A stretch of DNA of 64,000 nt. Origin: Ophelia neglecta (Eukaryota). Under the pieces are notes generated by a model. The model saw only the letters and a list, made by a program, of their open reading frames with translations. It did not search any database and had not been told where the DNA came from. This document shows, one piece after another, positions 12,946-24,700 of this stretch. Position numbers and translations under genes: made by a program. The stretch lies in assembly GCA_965285935.1 (NCBI GenBank), contig OZ260667.1, positions 14,942,001 through 15,006,000 on the forward strand, written 5' to 3'. Numbering within the stretch: position 1 is the first letter of the stretch; each line of letters opens with the position of its first letter.

Positions 12946-13759
12946 AAACCACAAACAAGACAGATGCTGATTATCAAATGTGTACCATATTAACCATGTA
13001 AATTGTAATCTTTTAGAGTTGATCCTATTAAAGTTATTTGTGTTATTGCAAGTTAGAATGGGTCATAGGTCATGACCAGATGGCCTAACGCGCTAGTCAA
13101 TGATACCACTGTAATTCCCGCTAGACGGTATCAATTGAGCCATGAGCAGCCATGTAATCTAGTTATGACAGGTACTCTCATTAACATATTAATTTCAAGG
13201 AGACCATTCCCATACAACAATTATGTATTCAACCTTTTGAGAAGACAAGGGATATAATGAATATATTCAATTTCGTAATGATAAAAGATCACAATAAACA
13301 CTATACTCTTATTAAAAAAAAGTTCTTAAATACAACTTTAGTCTAAATAAACTAACGACGTTTTTTTGTATGAATGATTTTTTGTTCAATTTATTCGTGC
13401 CGAGATGAAAGTAGGTAGGCGCCTATTGACATTGCCTGGGGGGAGTGGGCACTGACCCCAGAGCTGAATGGGGGTCTGCCGCCAAATGTATCAAAACCCT
13501 TAATAAGTGCAAGTTTTAAGGGCATGTTTTTTTCAGGAAGTCGCAATGAATCAATTTTCACGGGGTAGACACTGTTATGGATTCTTTTACAGCTTTTGGG
13601 CTCTATACAAACACAAATATATTTATCACTACATAGAAACAACCTTTTGGTAACTTTCTCTTGCTTGGAAATGGTCAAAATTTCAAAATAGAAACACATT
13701 CCAGTCCAAAATAACAGCAAAAGAAAAATGTTACAGGTTCCAGAAGTGAAAAAAATTAG

Positions 13760-15735
13760 TTATTTCCAGAAGTTAAAAAGAAGTAATAGGTATGGTTGAC
13801 AGAATGTCAAAACCAGTAAAGGATGCGAACACGACCAAGACTATTAATAAAAGGGCAGGCATGTATGGGTTATCAAATTTCTGCCCAGAGAAGCCAGCCA
13901 CATGAGTCTATAGGTAAAGGCACGTAAAGTGGTCACAGGAAGCAATTAAATCTCGTAAGGCTAAGGATAAAACCAAAGTATATAAGTTGATGAATGTCAT
14001 TTTATACGCACGCACAGAACAAATACTCAAAGGGGCCAGTGTTAATTAAGTTCTTGAAAGATTCCCATATCTGTCCAAGTCTGCTGATTCTTTTCTCAAT
14101 GAATTTAAAAGAGTTAGTGAACTAAATTTAGAATAATGAAATGCTAGAATTCATTGACAAATATGGCAGCAGCAGTATAATCAAGATGTGTATTAACAAA
14201 ATGAAGACCTCAGATACACTGATGAGAGCTTGGGGGCTAAAAGTTCTCAAAAATGAAAAATATAACTTTGCTTTGTAGCAATCCTTGGCGTGGCTCTCCT
14301 CTTTAACGAGCAAAAGAAGGTTCCGATAAAGCAGGGCCTGAGTCCTACATAAGTGTACAATACTCCCGATAGGATATTTTTAGATCACACATCAATTCAA
14401 CATTGCGGTTGATGGCATAAAGTTTGTGCAGGATACAGACCTAAGACGGGCTATGCAATGCTACCTGGCCGGCTACTATGTTATCAGGCAGTTATGACGA
14501 CAGCCCTCTTTTTTAAAAGGATGGTGATGTAAAACAAAACAGGTGGCAGTGTTTAGAAAGAAACTAAAAATGTAAGAATAGTTGTTAGTCTTACTGCATC
14601 TCTGAATGCTGTATCTACTGCTAAAAGGGATGTAGAAATATGCTATAAATGCAGCTGCAAGACGTGCAAAACAAGGTGTGTCCAAAAATATTCCAAAGAA
14701 ATGCTAAGCTATGCATACACCTGAATGATTACACAGTGGATAAATAATAACTGCCTTTTTGTAGAACCCTATAAGGATGTTAGTTTTGGAGTGGTGAAAT
14801 TATTATGACTGTATTTTCTGTTAAATAGTGTTAATTTATAGTTTATTGCACAGCATGCGAAAAGAACAAGTATTCATCAGAAATATTTTGCCAGTAGTGA
14901 TGAATGTTTAACTGACAAGTAAACCGATAAATTGGGGTTCTCAACTTAATAAAGTTCAGGCAAAGGACGTGTATCGGTATGCAGTATATATGAAAATGTA
15001 ATAAAAAAATGCGCCACCATATTGACTACCAATTAAGTAGTCATTGTGACTAAGTTTATTTTTCAGTGGATGCTACTCGATGCAGTTTCTATTTTTTCAT
15101 GGCCTAATCATATAAATGAAAAACTTACCAGAGTCCCGTCCAACAGTAACGCCGATTGTATCTCTGTCAGTGTCGAGGCTGGAAAAGATGGACGTTGCAT
15201 GATAAATCAGTAATCAATTAAAGCGGCGGTGGTAAATTATTCGAAGAGGGTAATTTGACAAAACTGGATATTCAATTCAAGGCAGTAATTTCAAGAGGGT
15301 GGTCCGCCGCCACAAAAAGGTGATACATGTTGCGGAGGGTGTTTTGACGAGGATGGGAAGAGGATGGTTCTAGTTCGGTTGTTTTGGACCGAGTAAGCCG
15401 GGTCTACTTGAATCAATCTAAAGTGGGAATGTGTTTGTTAAAAAAAAATTATTATACTGGGAGAGGCAGTGTTTTAGCATTGGCAATAAACAAAGGGCAC
15501 TCGGGTAGTGGCTGGTGGCAAGGAAGAGGGCGGGAGCAAGTGACAGTGCTCAATGGGGGGGGGGGGATAGAGCGGTCTCGGGAGCAATGAGACGGGGGCG
15601 GTTGGGAGGTCGGTTTTCAGCGATGGGGAAAATGTGAAGTAAGGGTCGGGCCCACAACGCGGAAAATTTTTGAAAAGGGGGTAAGTGGTTGATCAAAAGA
15701 TGTGAAGAGTGGGTCGGCGGTGGCAAATTTCTGTG
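13760..15735 (+). mobile_element. Possible decayed EnSpm/CACTA-like DNA transposon remnant
   Basis: Broken coding-like pieces (YGLSNFCPE, LERFPYL, FLNEFKRVSELNL, AVDG...RAMQCYLAGYYV) resemble accessory ORFs of animal CACTA elements; GC-rich subterminal repeats end in CTGTG at 15735. No transposase motif was seen. Confidence 0.3.
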
Positions 15736-17109
15736 AAGAGAAGGGGTAGGGGTGGGGCAAAATTATATAACTCAGTAATGGTATGATAAGATGATGCAAA
15801 CTAGAGGTTAATAATTCATTATTGTTAATACTTTTTATTCGTCATGATAACAAGTGTTAACTAGGTGGTAAGAGGTCGATTAATTGCTCGTACGTAGCGT
15901 GTGAAATTGCCAATCTCTATACCTATACTATTTACATCGACTAGTATACATGTACATGTACAGGAAAGATGGCACACTTTATATTATCTAGACTGATCAA
16001 TCCCAACCATTAAAACTTTCTATCATCATGCTGACATATTTAAACTAACATCAATCAATATTAAATGAAGGATTACAAGCAATATACAGATTACACGGAA
16101 ACAGAAGTTAGTCATTCGCAACAGAGGTTCCTTAATTATAGAGTAAAATATGATTAATGGCCTAGTAATAATAGGCCTTGAGGTAGCTCACCTATGAAAT
16201 ACGCTCCTCCCGAGACGTACGTATTGAATTCCGCTAATAAATATCACGGGAAATTGTGGATTTATCCATATATTAATTACAACATTCAAATACAAAACGT
16301 TTGAACTCAGGTGTACGCGTTGTATAGAGGTTCAAGGTCGCGCGATCTCGGCAAACGAGGCTTGGACACAGGTCAGCGCAGCTAAAGGGCTTCGCTTTTG
16401 TTCCGTGTTGGTAACAGCAAACATATCGAAATTTTGTAGTGTTGTTGCAATAGTCCTATTCGGTCAGTGATTTAGCCCACACCCCCACTTCCACTAGTCA
16501 TCTGGTAAATCAAGTCAAAATGAATTAATTAGGCTACATATTAATTATATAGAGTCAAGTTATCATTTATAAATTCGCTCGCGATGAGAAGCATAACAGA
16601 TTTCCGATGTTATTGCGAATTAAAATGCAAAATAAATGAACAATTAGTCAATTTGAGGAATACGAAACAAGCTGTATTGAAGACTGATTTAAATAAACCT
16701 CTCATAACAATGACAATGGTAAGGGTTTTATTTTGCAATAATAGTAGTTCCTTAAAATATAGTTATGTACGTGTCCCTTTTTGCAAACGAAAAAAAGTGG
16801 TTATAATTACACGTACAACGTAATACTACATATCTTTGACATATTAGCATTTCCCATTATATATAGCTGACGGAAAGAGACCAAGGCGGCAATATTGGCA
16901 TCTTAGACCCATTATATTTTTACATGCCAATCAGTGCAATGAAATAATAAAACTTCGGTTTTCACTTTACATAAACGAATAAATGAAAATGTCAATTAAG
17001 ATCCTACACCGCAACTGCTCCGAATATATTGGTGAAAAAATGCTCGCTTTTATTGTGACTGAACTCACGAGATCGTTCCACGTAAAACAGTCATTTTGGT
17101 ACGGCCGGG

Positions 17110-17950
17110 GTATATATTGTCAAATGGGAGAGACCTGAACGTTTGGAAAATTATTACTCAGCTTACTGTAATTCTAGCTACTGATAAAATGCAACACTGT
17201 TTTAAACAATCAGGATACCAGTGTCATCCTTGGTATGAATGTATCACAAAATAACGTATGGTCGGCATCATCAATGAGAGAAAACAATGAAATGACTACA
17301 TTCATATTCCTTCATTAATCCAAACTTCCTGCTTTTTGGCAATTAGAAATATCCCTCGCGGTCAGATTTGATCGAAGTCAGTCAAATATTATGTAGTATC
17401 GATTTCTGTTTAAAGGATTATGAAGATAACTCTAGCACATAAAAAAACTATAGAGAGAAATAAGTATTATATATACACCTGTGGTGAAAGACGCAATGAA
17501 GTTAGCTGAATAGGGTAACATCCAAAGATGTTCATTATATGAAGATAAATATAAAAAATAAATAATTCCCATCATAGTCCTTTACATGATCAGACACGAA
17601 CATTAACTGGACTAGGACACAAAGTAAAAATGATTTCATAGAAGAAAATTACATTACGTTGTTATACGACACAAAACTGGAGTCCGAAAAAAATAACAGG
17701 TACAGAAGAATGTGACTTATCAAAAGATCATAAATGTGTATTGCCAAAATGGAGGAGACCTGGAATTTTGGAAATTATCAGAATATGTTACTCTGTTTAA
17801 TGCAATCCTTAGATGCTGGATAAATGAAGCACTTTGACAATGGCTTAATTCAGACATTATGTTTCAAACAGAATACCAAAGTCGTTTTTTGTATGAATGT
17901 ATTACAACATAATAATATGATTGGCATCATCAATGAAGGAGAATAAATAA
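17110..17950 (+). repeat. Pair of diverged direct repeats (about 17110-17290 and 17740-17945)
   Basis: Shared blocks ggagacctg..tttggaaa..ttat and gtatgaatgtat.aca..ataa...ggcatcatcaatga. Confidence 0.65.
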
Positions 17951-18114
17951 ATAATTACATATATAGGGCCTATATTGATACATTACTCCTGACTTTCAGG
18001 CAGGTAGCTTAAGTTTTTACCATTTCTAAATCAATTCCTATATAGGTAAAATTACACGGGGAAATTGGCTGCTCTTCTGAACACAACTTTCGTCTTCTCT
18101 GTATTTAGTACTGA

Positions 18115-18478
18115 CCAGGGAAGAGGGAAGGGAGGGAGGTTAATATGGGAGAGAGGGAGGAGGGAAAGAGGGAGGGAGGAAGGGAAATAAGAAAGGAGGA
18201 CATGGGAGAGAGGACCAGCGAGGGAGGGAGAAGAGGACCAGGGAGGGAGGCAAGAAGAGAGGGAGGACCAGGGAAAAGGTAGAAAGGGAGGACGGAGGAC
18301 CAAGGCGGGAGGACAAGGGAGGGAGCACCATTGAAACAGTGATGGAGGTTAAGGAGAGGGAGAGAGGACAGAAGGGAGGGAAGCAGGGAGTTAAGGAGAA
18401 GAGGGACGGAGGGAGGGACGGATGGAGGCAGGAAGTAAAGAAGGGAGGTCCAGCCAGGGAAGGAGGAACAGGGAGGGT
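18115..18478 (+). repeat. Polypurine (GGA/GAGG) low-complexity tract upstream of FAF2
   Basis: About 360 bp, mostly A/G, with repeated ggaccagggagggagg units. Confidence 0.85.
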
Positions 18479-18544
18479 CCCACTTCTTTCAATATTTAAG
18501 TCAGGTAACACATGCAAGCTTTATGGCGAACGCAAAAGGCGAAA

Positions 18545-18710
18545 ATTCCCACATACGCGCATGCCTTTATGGCGTTACAATACAGTAGTACACTGCTCCG
18601 CAGCAGGGAGGTGGACGTAAAAATTGAAATAATTAATTGTCCCTGCGTTGTGGGCTGTACTGCCATCTAGTGATAGAATTATCATAACAGAGCGTTGCAA
18701 AATGGCAGAA
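18545..18710 (+). promoter_or_regulatory. Putative FAF2 proximal promoter
   Basis: NRF1-like CGCGCATGC (about 18557), CTCF-like TCACTAGATGGCAG on the minus strand (about 18660-18673) and YY1-like AAAATGGC overlapping the ATG. Motif resemblance only. Confidence 0.4.
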
Positions 18711-21700
18711 AACGAACCCGATTTGACTCCCGATCAGACGGATAAGCTCCTTCAATTCCAGGTAGCATAGAGATTATTCTTCATCGGTGGATGATTTATA
18801 TGCAGACACATCTGTCTTATGTCAAAATGATCTCTAATTGCCAGAAACGTCGTGATAATCATTATAGATTGATATAGCTCTTCCTTCGAAGTGTTTTTGT
18901 TTTGTAAGGGTTTCGTCAATTCATAGATGTCAACTTACCAAATTATCGCCAGGTATTATCCATTTATGCAGACATTGTTAAACCTCAACCCGCCTGCCGA
19001 GTATATGTTTTATTTCCCCGTCATTTTTCTAATCTCATATTCTGGTAGGATCTTACTGGAATTGACGATATGGAGCGTTGCAAAGACATCTTGCTGAGGC
19101 ACAACTGGGACATTGAGGTGAGTTGGTATCTGCAAGCGTTGGACAGGTGACAGTTACCGTGTACTAAGGGTCTCGGGTATGGCTGGGCTAACACTGCATG
19201 TTTGCATAAGCCTTTGTCCCAGGATCTATGAGAAAAATATTGGGAAGGTGGTATCGGTGTATCCAAAGTGCAAAACCGCACATCATACACCCTCTGGTGG
19301 CGATTGCCCCGGACACCACCAGAGGGCGTGTGATGTGCATGTGTCATGGCCGCAATCAGACGTAAACACGGGAGAACGGGCCAACAAGCTAGCTCGTTTT
19401 TTGGTACTAATTCGTACACCCAGCACTCAGCAAATTATTCAAATACCTTGCTATTTCCGCTCGGTTTGGGTAATTATCCAGTGGTTTTGACACAGTTAGG
19501 CACGGTTAGACATGGTGGCGCATTTTGGATACACCAACCTCCGTGTCCTGATATACCAGCACGCCTATTTAGGTGCAGGATATCTATATTGAAAGAGTAA
19601 ACACTTTATAAAAACAAAACATGGCGTGATCAAAGGAATGAAGATCATATTAGAAGTGAGATGATTGGATGTACCTTTTTATTCCTTGTTATTCAATTGA
19701 TGAAATGTGTTGTTTACATATGTTGGTGGAGTGCTCATGACCTAAAGCTCTAGGAATATTACTCATAAAATTAGTAAACAACTAAAGACAAAACAAGATG
19801 CTTAGCGATTACATTTGTAAATAATGTGCTTATCATATCCCTACAGGTTGCAGTACAAGCAAGATTTAGTGAGGAGGAGGGCACGCCGTCAGTATTCCAT
19901 GAGCCTCGAAGAGAGCCCCGGACACCACCAGTCAATGTTAATCCTACAGACCAAAGGTTGGTACTAGTAGCAGCTTACGATCAGGTTTACAGAGGTCGAC
20001 TCCTAGGTTTTCAAATCATTTTCTGAAGATCATCTGAGGTTGACTGAGCTTATCGAAATGCAATCCTTTCTGAAAATTATTTGTCCCTTCACGTGTTCTT
20101 CAGTGCATAATGTCTTCTACACATGATTGTATTTGTTTGAAATTGTGAATTAATTAATATATATGTACACGTATCATGCATGTAAAACAAAAAAATATCT
20201 TTATGTCAGATACTACATACACAGGATTCCACAATGTCCTATTAACTGCGCAATATTTTTTTAAAAAAATGAAATGATCAAAACATGAATTTGTATGAAT
20301 ATATTTTTCAGAATATTCACAATTGCCAGACCTAGTCCTCAGGGCGTAGTTGGCTGGGGATACTTCATAGTTATGTTTCCATTTAGATTTGTATATAGCA
20401 CTGTAATGGACATTCTCAAGTTTGCATGTAAGTAGAAATTTCATTCTAAAAAGTAATTTGGTTTGATAAAGATATCAAGTTATTTGCTGGATAGAATGGA
20501 AAACACATTTGCTTGTTGTTTTGACCAAAAGTAAACTTGTGATAAGCTATTGAATTACACTAAGTGCCATTCATGAATTGTTTTTTCTTCTTAGATCGAT
20601 TACTGAGACCAGATCCAAGGAGATGTGAGTTTGTAATGAAATTTTATTTTAAACCCAATACCTCATAACTTCTATTTTAAATTGGTCTCATATTTGACCT
20701 TAATTTATTTGCCGTTTCCGGTCTAAAAAATTTCATTTCAGCTTTATTTTGATATGGACAATCACTGAAGCAAAAGTAACTTGATGGAACAAATTTATCT
20801 ATAGCATTTGAACAAAAACATTATTATAACAACATTTATTTACTACAGATGTAACAGATCCAACCGGAGATGTAAATAAATTTATAACAAAATATGAGGA
20901 GACTTATGGACAGCAGCACCCTACTTTCTACATTGGTTCATACAGCCAGGTCAGTCGACACCAGTGACAACCAAATATGTTAACAATCCTGGTCTGATAA
21001 TGTAAAACCCTTCAATTTCACCGCTCTTAATGTGTGCCACTTTGGCCCACAAATTATTTCTCTGCCCTTTAATTTAACATTTTAGAGGTTTCCACAATCA
21101 GTCCTAATTGGGCCTCTAATTTTTGTGAGCATTTTAATTTTGCAGTTTTAAACCTACTCCCAAACTATTAGTCTAGTGTTTTACAGTAAGACTTAATACT
21201 GGTGAAATTTATCCTATACAATTGACTAAAATAGTACTGTGGTATTCAAAAGGCTTTGAATGAGGCCAAACAGGAGCTGAAGTTCCTTTTAGTGTACCTA
21301 CATGGAGATGACCACCAGGACACTCCAGATTTTTGCAGGTGGGTTTTTACTTCAACTACTGTAAAATCTTAGGAAATAATTATTTTATAAAGACATTTTT
21401 TGATGATCTATTCGTCATTATTAAAACGGGAAATGAAACTTCTCGTCTTAAAACCATGGCAAAGTTTAGAAGAAAAGTTAATTGAAGTCTAGCTTTGCTA
21501 TATGATACATATATACATATTTAATCAATTGTATTGACTAGACAAAATGACAAGCTTCAAAGGTTACAACGACCTAGTTATGATAAACCACATGGTGGTT
21601 ATGTGTTGTATACCCCCAATCTCAGTCTAGAACAGACTGGGATTGATCTGGTATTTTAAGAGAGACATTGTCCTAAAAGCTTTGAAATGTAATTATTAAA

Positions 21701-24700
21701 AAAAAGGTATAAGGCTTTTTAAGTCTCCTGGGAGACAATCCTGTTGTAACGGCTGTACTTGTTTACGGCTGTTCACTTCAAATTTGTCTTAATCCATGGG
21801 CAAATACAGAATACACTTTATTATGTTTATCCTATAGGATGAGCTGAGGCATATTATAAAATATGCTATCATCATTGTTTTCTCACTGGTACCAAAATTA
21901 ACACTTTGTTGAGGGGAACCAAAGATAAGAAGGGAAGCTTGCCCACATGTCCAAACTGATTCCTGAAATTTAAAAAAGAAATGTGTTCTAGGTTTTTTTT
22001 TTCATGTTTGTTTTAGAAATACTCTCGCTAATCCTGAGGTTATAGAGTTCATTAATGAGCGACTTTTATTCTGGGCTTGTAATACACACAGCCCAGAAGG
22101 ATACAGAGGTATGTATGCATTTTGTATTTTCTAATTTATAGCCTTTCATATTCTGAACCAACTCGAAAAGATTAGAGAAAATACAATATTCATGAGTAAA
22201 TTTTCTGTAGTCAAAGAAAATGTGTAATTCATCATTTGAATTATGATGTCCTTTATTAGTCCTCCACCACTCAAAGAGGGGAGTGGGTTCCTATTTTAAA
22301 ACCCTAGTATTTCAAGGCCCATAATATTCATGATTTTGACACAAATTAACATTGTCTTTAATAGTGTCTCAAGCCTTGCGAGAAAATACCTATCCATTCC
22401 TCGCCCTGATTGTATTAAGGCAGAACCGTATGACAGTAGTAGCAAGGATTGAAGGGCCCATAGGTGAGTGTCATGACTATCACATGATAAAAAGATGGGC
22501 AGGCTAAAATGTTGATAAAAATATGAAACAGTAATTTAATTTTTATGAAAAATAGGGATAAAAGAATGCAATGGTTAACACTTTTTATACCATGCTTTCT
22601 GTATTTTATCTACCACAGAAACCCCCGCTATCACAGCTCGACTCACAAGAATTATGGATGAAAATGAAACCTCTTTAGTAGCAGCAAGATTGGAAAGGTA
22701 GGAAAAAATGGATTTGAACATCATAAAATACATGTAGGAAACAGTGCCCCATAATCTGGGGTGCAGTTCAGAAATATACAAGATTTTAGTGACTTACGTC
22801 AGTAAACAAGAATGGGTCCTTGTCTCAAATTCAATGGCATGGCAAGACATGAACATGTGCAAATCCCTTTGTTATATACTGATTCAAGGCCAAAACTTAG
22901 TCTCCAAACTTCTAGAACACAAGACCTGGTGATTAGAGGGGCAAACAATTCTAAAACCTATTTCACAGTATTTAAGCTGATTCTAGGGTGTTATTGTTTA
23001 GTATATTTTCTTTGGAAATCTGGATTGTGACCTGGAAGTACCTTGTGTGCATTCTCTTAGATTTTAATATGATCCATAATAAAATGTAAAATTTCATAAT
23101 AAGTCACAAATTACATGTGCTGAAATAAAAGAAGTTAACTCATTTGGGAGATTTTTTAACATCTCAAGAGATGATGCTGTGATTTATGTGATGCATTTGT
23201 GTATTTCTAAGAGAGGAGAGAAGCTTCAACAGAAACTTAATAGTGGAGCAAGATGCCGCATACCAAGAATCACTAAGGGCAGATCAAGAAAAGGTAATTG
23301 TTTGACAACACAGTATCTTGTCAGAGAACATAAATAGATTTGTTTATATGTAATCATCATGGCTGTATTTTTGCAAACCCATGCATGCGTGTAATGTTAG
23401 GGTCATAAGTTTGGGCCAATCAAATCATTGATCCTGATTGGAAGTATTGACATTGTGTAGAGTTGTAGTTTTATAGTACTGGTACCATTGTAGTTTTGAA
23501 GTACTGGTACCATTGTAGTTTTGAAGTACTGGTACCATTGTAGTTTTGAAGTACTGGTACCATTGCATGTTGGTATCTTTTCTGTTTCAGGAGAGGAAGA
23601 AGAGAGAAGAACAAGAGCTGAGGGAACAGGAGGAACGAGAAGCTCAAGAAAAGGAACTAGAGGAGCAGAGAAAAGTAGAGGTAGGCATCAGCAATGTTTA
23701 TATCATAAGCTGGGGTTTGAATAGAGTGTTTCCAGTGATATACAATGTTTTGTTGGAGAAAAACTATATTTAATCCTCTGTTTGTGAATATCCTTTCCGG
23801 TTAGGAAATTGCAATGAAAAAGGAAATAATTCGAGACCAATTACCTCAAGAGCCTGACAGTGACAACCCTGATGTTATAAAAATCCTACTCAAACTACCC
23901 AATGGAACACGCCTGGAGAGGAGGTTCATCAAATCTCAGTCACTCAAGGTATGATCACATTACATCAAGATTATCTAATATATATTACCCAATTGTTTAC
24001 GATTTTTCTCGGCCGCTGGCGGACGGTACGCCCCCAACTTTTGGCGACGCCCTACTGTCCGCGCCAATCGTGGAATTTTTAATTTCGGACCAGTTCGGTG
24101 CGATGTAAACCTTCGAACCGTGCACGTTTGCCTTTTAGCTCGCCTCTGTCGTCTGCCGATCGCCGCCATTTTACCCGGTTGAGGTGGACACTACCCTTCG
24201 CAGAAGGTGCCAATGCTTATCGCATCTAGCTTCTCCGCATCACCGCTACAGGCGAAGAGAACAGAGCTGTGTGCACTGCTACGAAGGGAAGGTGGACACC
24301 CGACCATGCAGTCTCGACACGAGCGACTCGCAGCTTTGAATATTCATACGCCACATTCAGCTGTGTATTTCTTGGGAAAGGAGGCCGATTTGATGATTAA
24401 TATATTGTCGGATACTTGCTGCATGAGTCGATTTGTTTGTTTAGTAGAATGTTTTTGACATCACCAAAACCATCTGACAAAATAGACAGTTTGTACTATT
24501 TTTTTCCAGTCTACGGTTCACTGAGGTTGTATCACTGCGCTGGATTCCTTTATAGATTGACCCGATCTATTTTCATTCCCACGCGTGTTATTGTTTGTAT
24601 ATATAAGGACAGCGATGGCTATATGTACATATGCCCAGTGGACAACCTTGCACTCAGAATATATGCAAAAATTGAGGTATTATTGGCAGATTAATGTGCT

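Noticed and set aside
18052-18620. Pro/Leu-rich and Gly/Arg-rich ORFs
   Set aside because: By-products of the polypurine low-complexity tract.
23466-23566. CRISPR-like array
   Set aside because: Head-to-tail repeats without unique spacers, in a eukaryotic intron.
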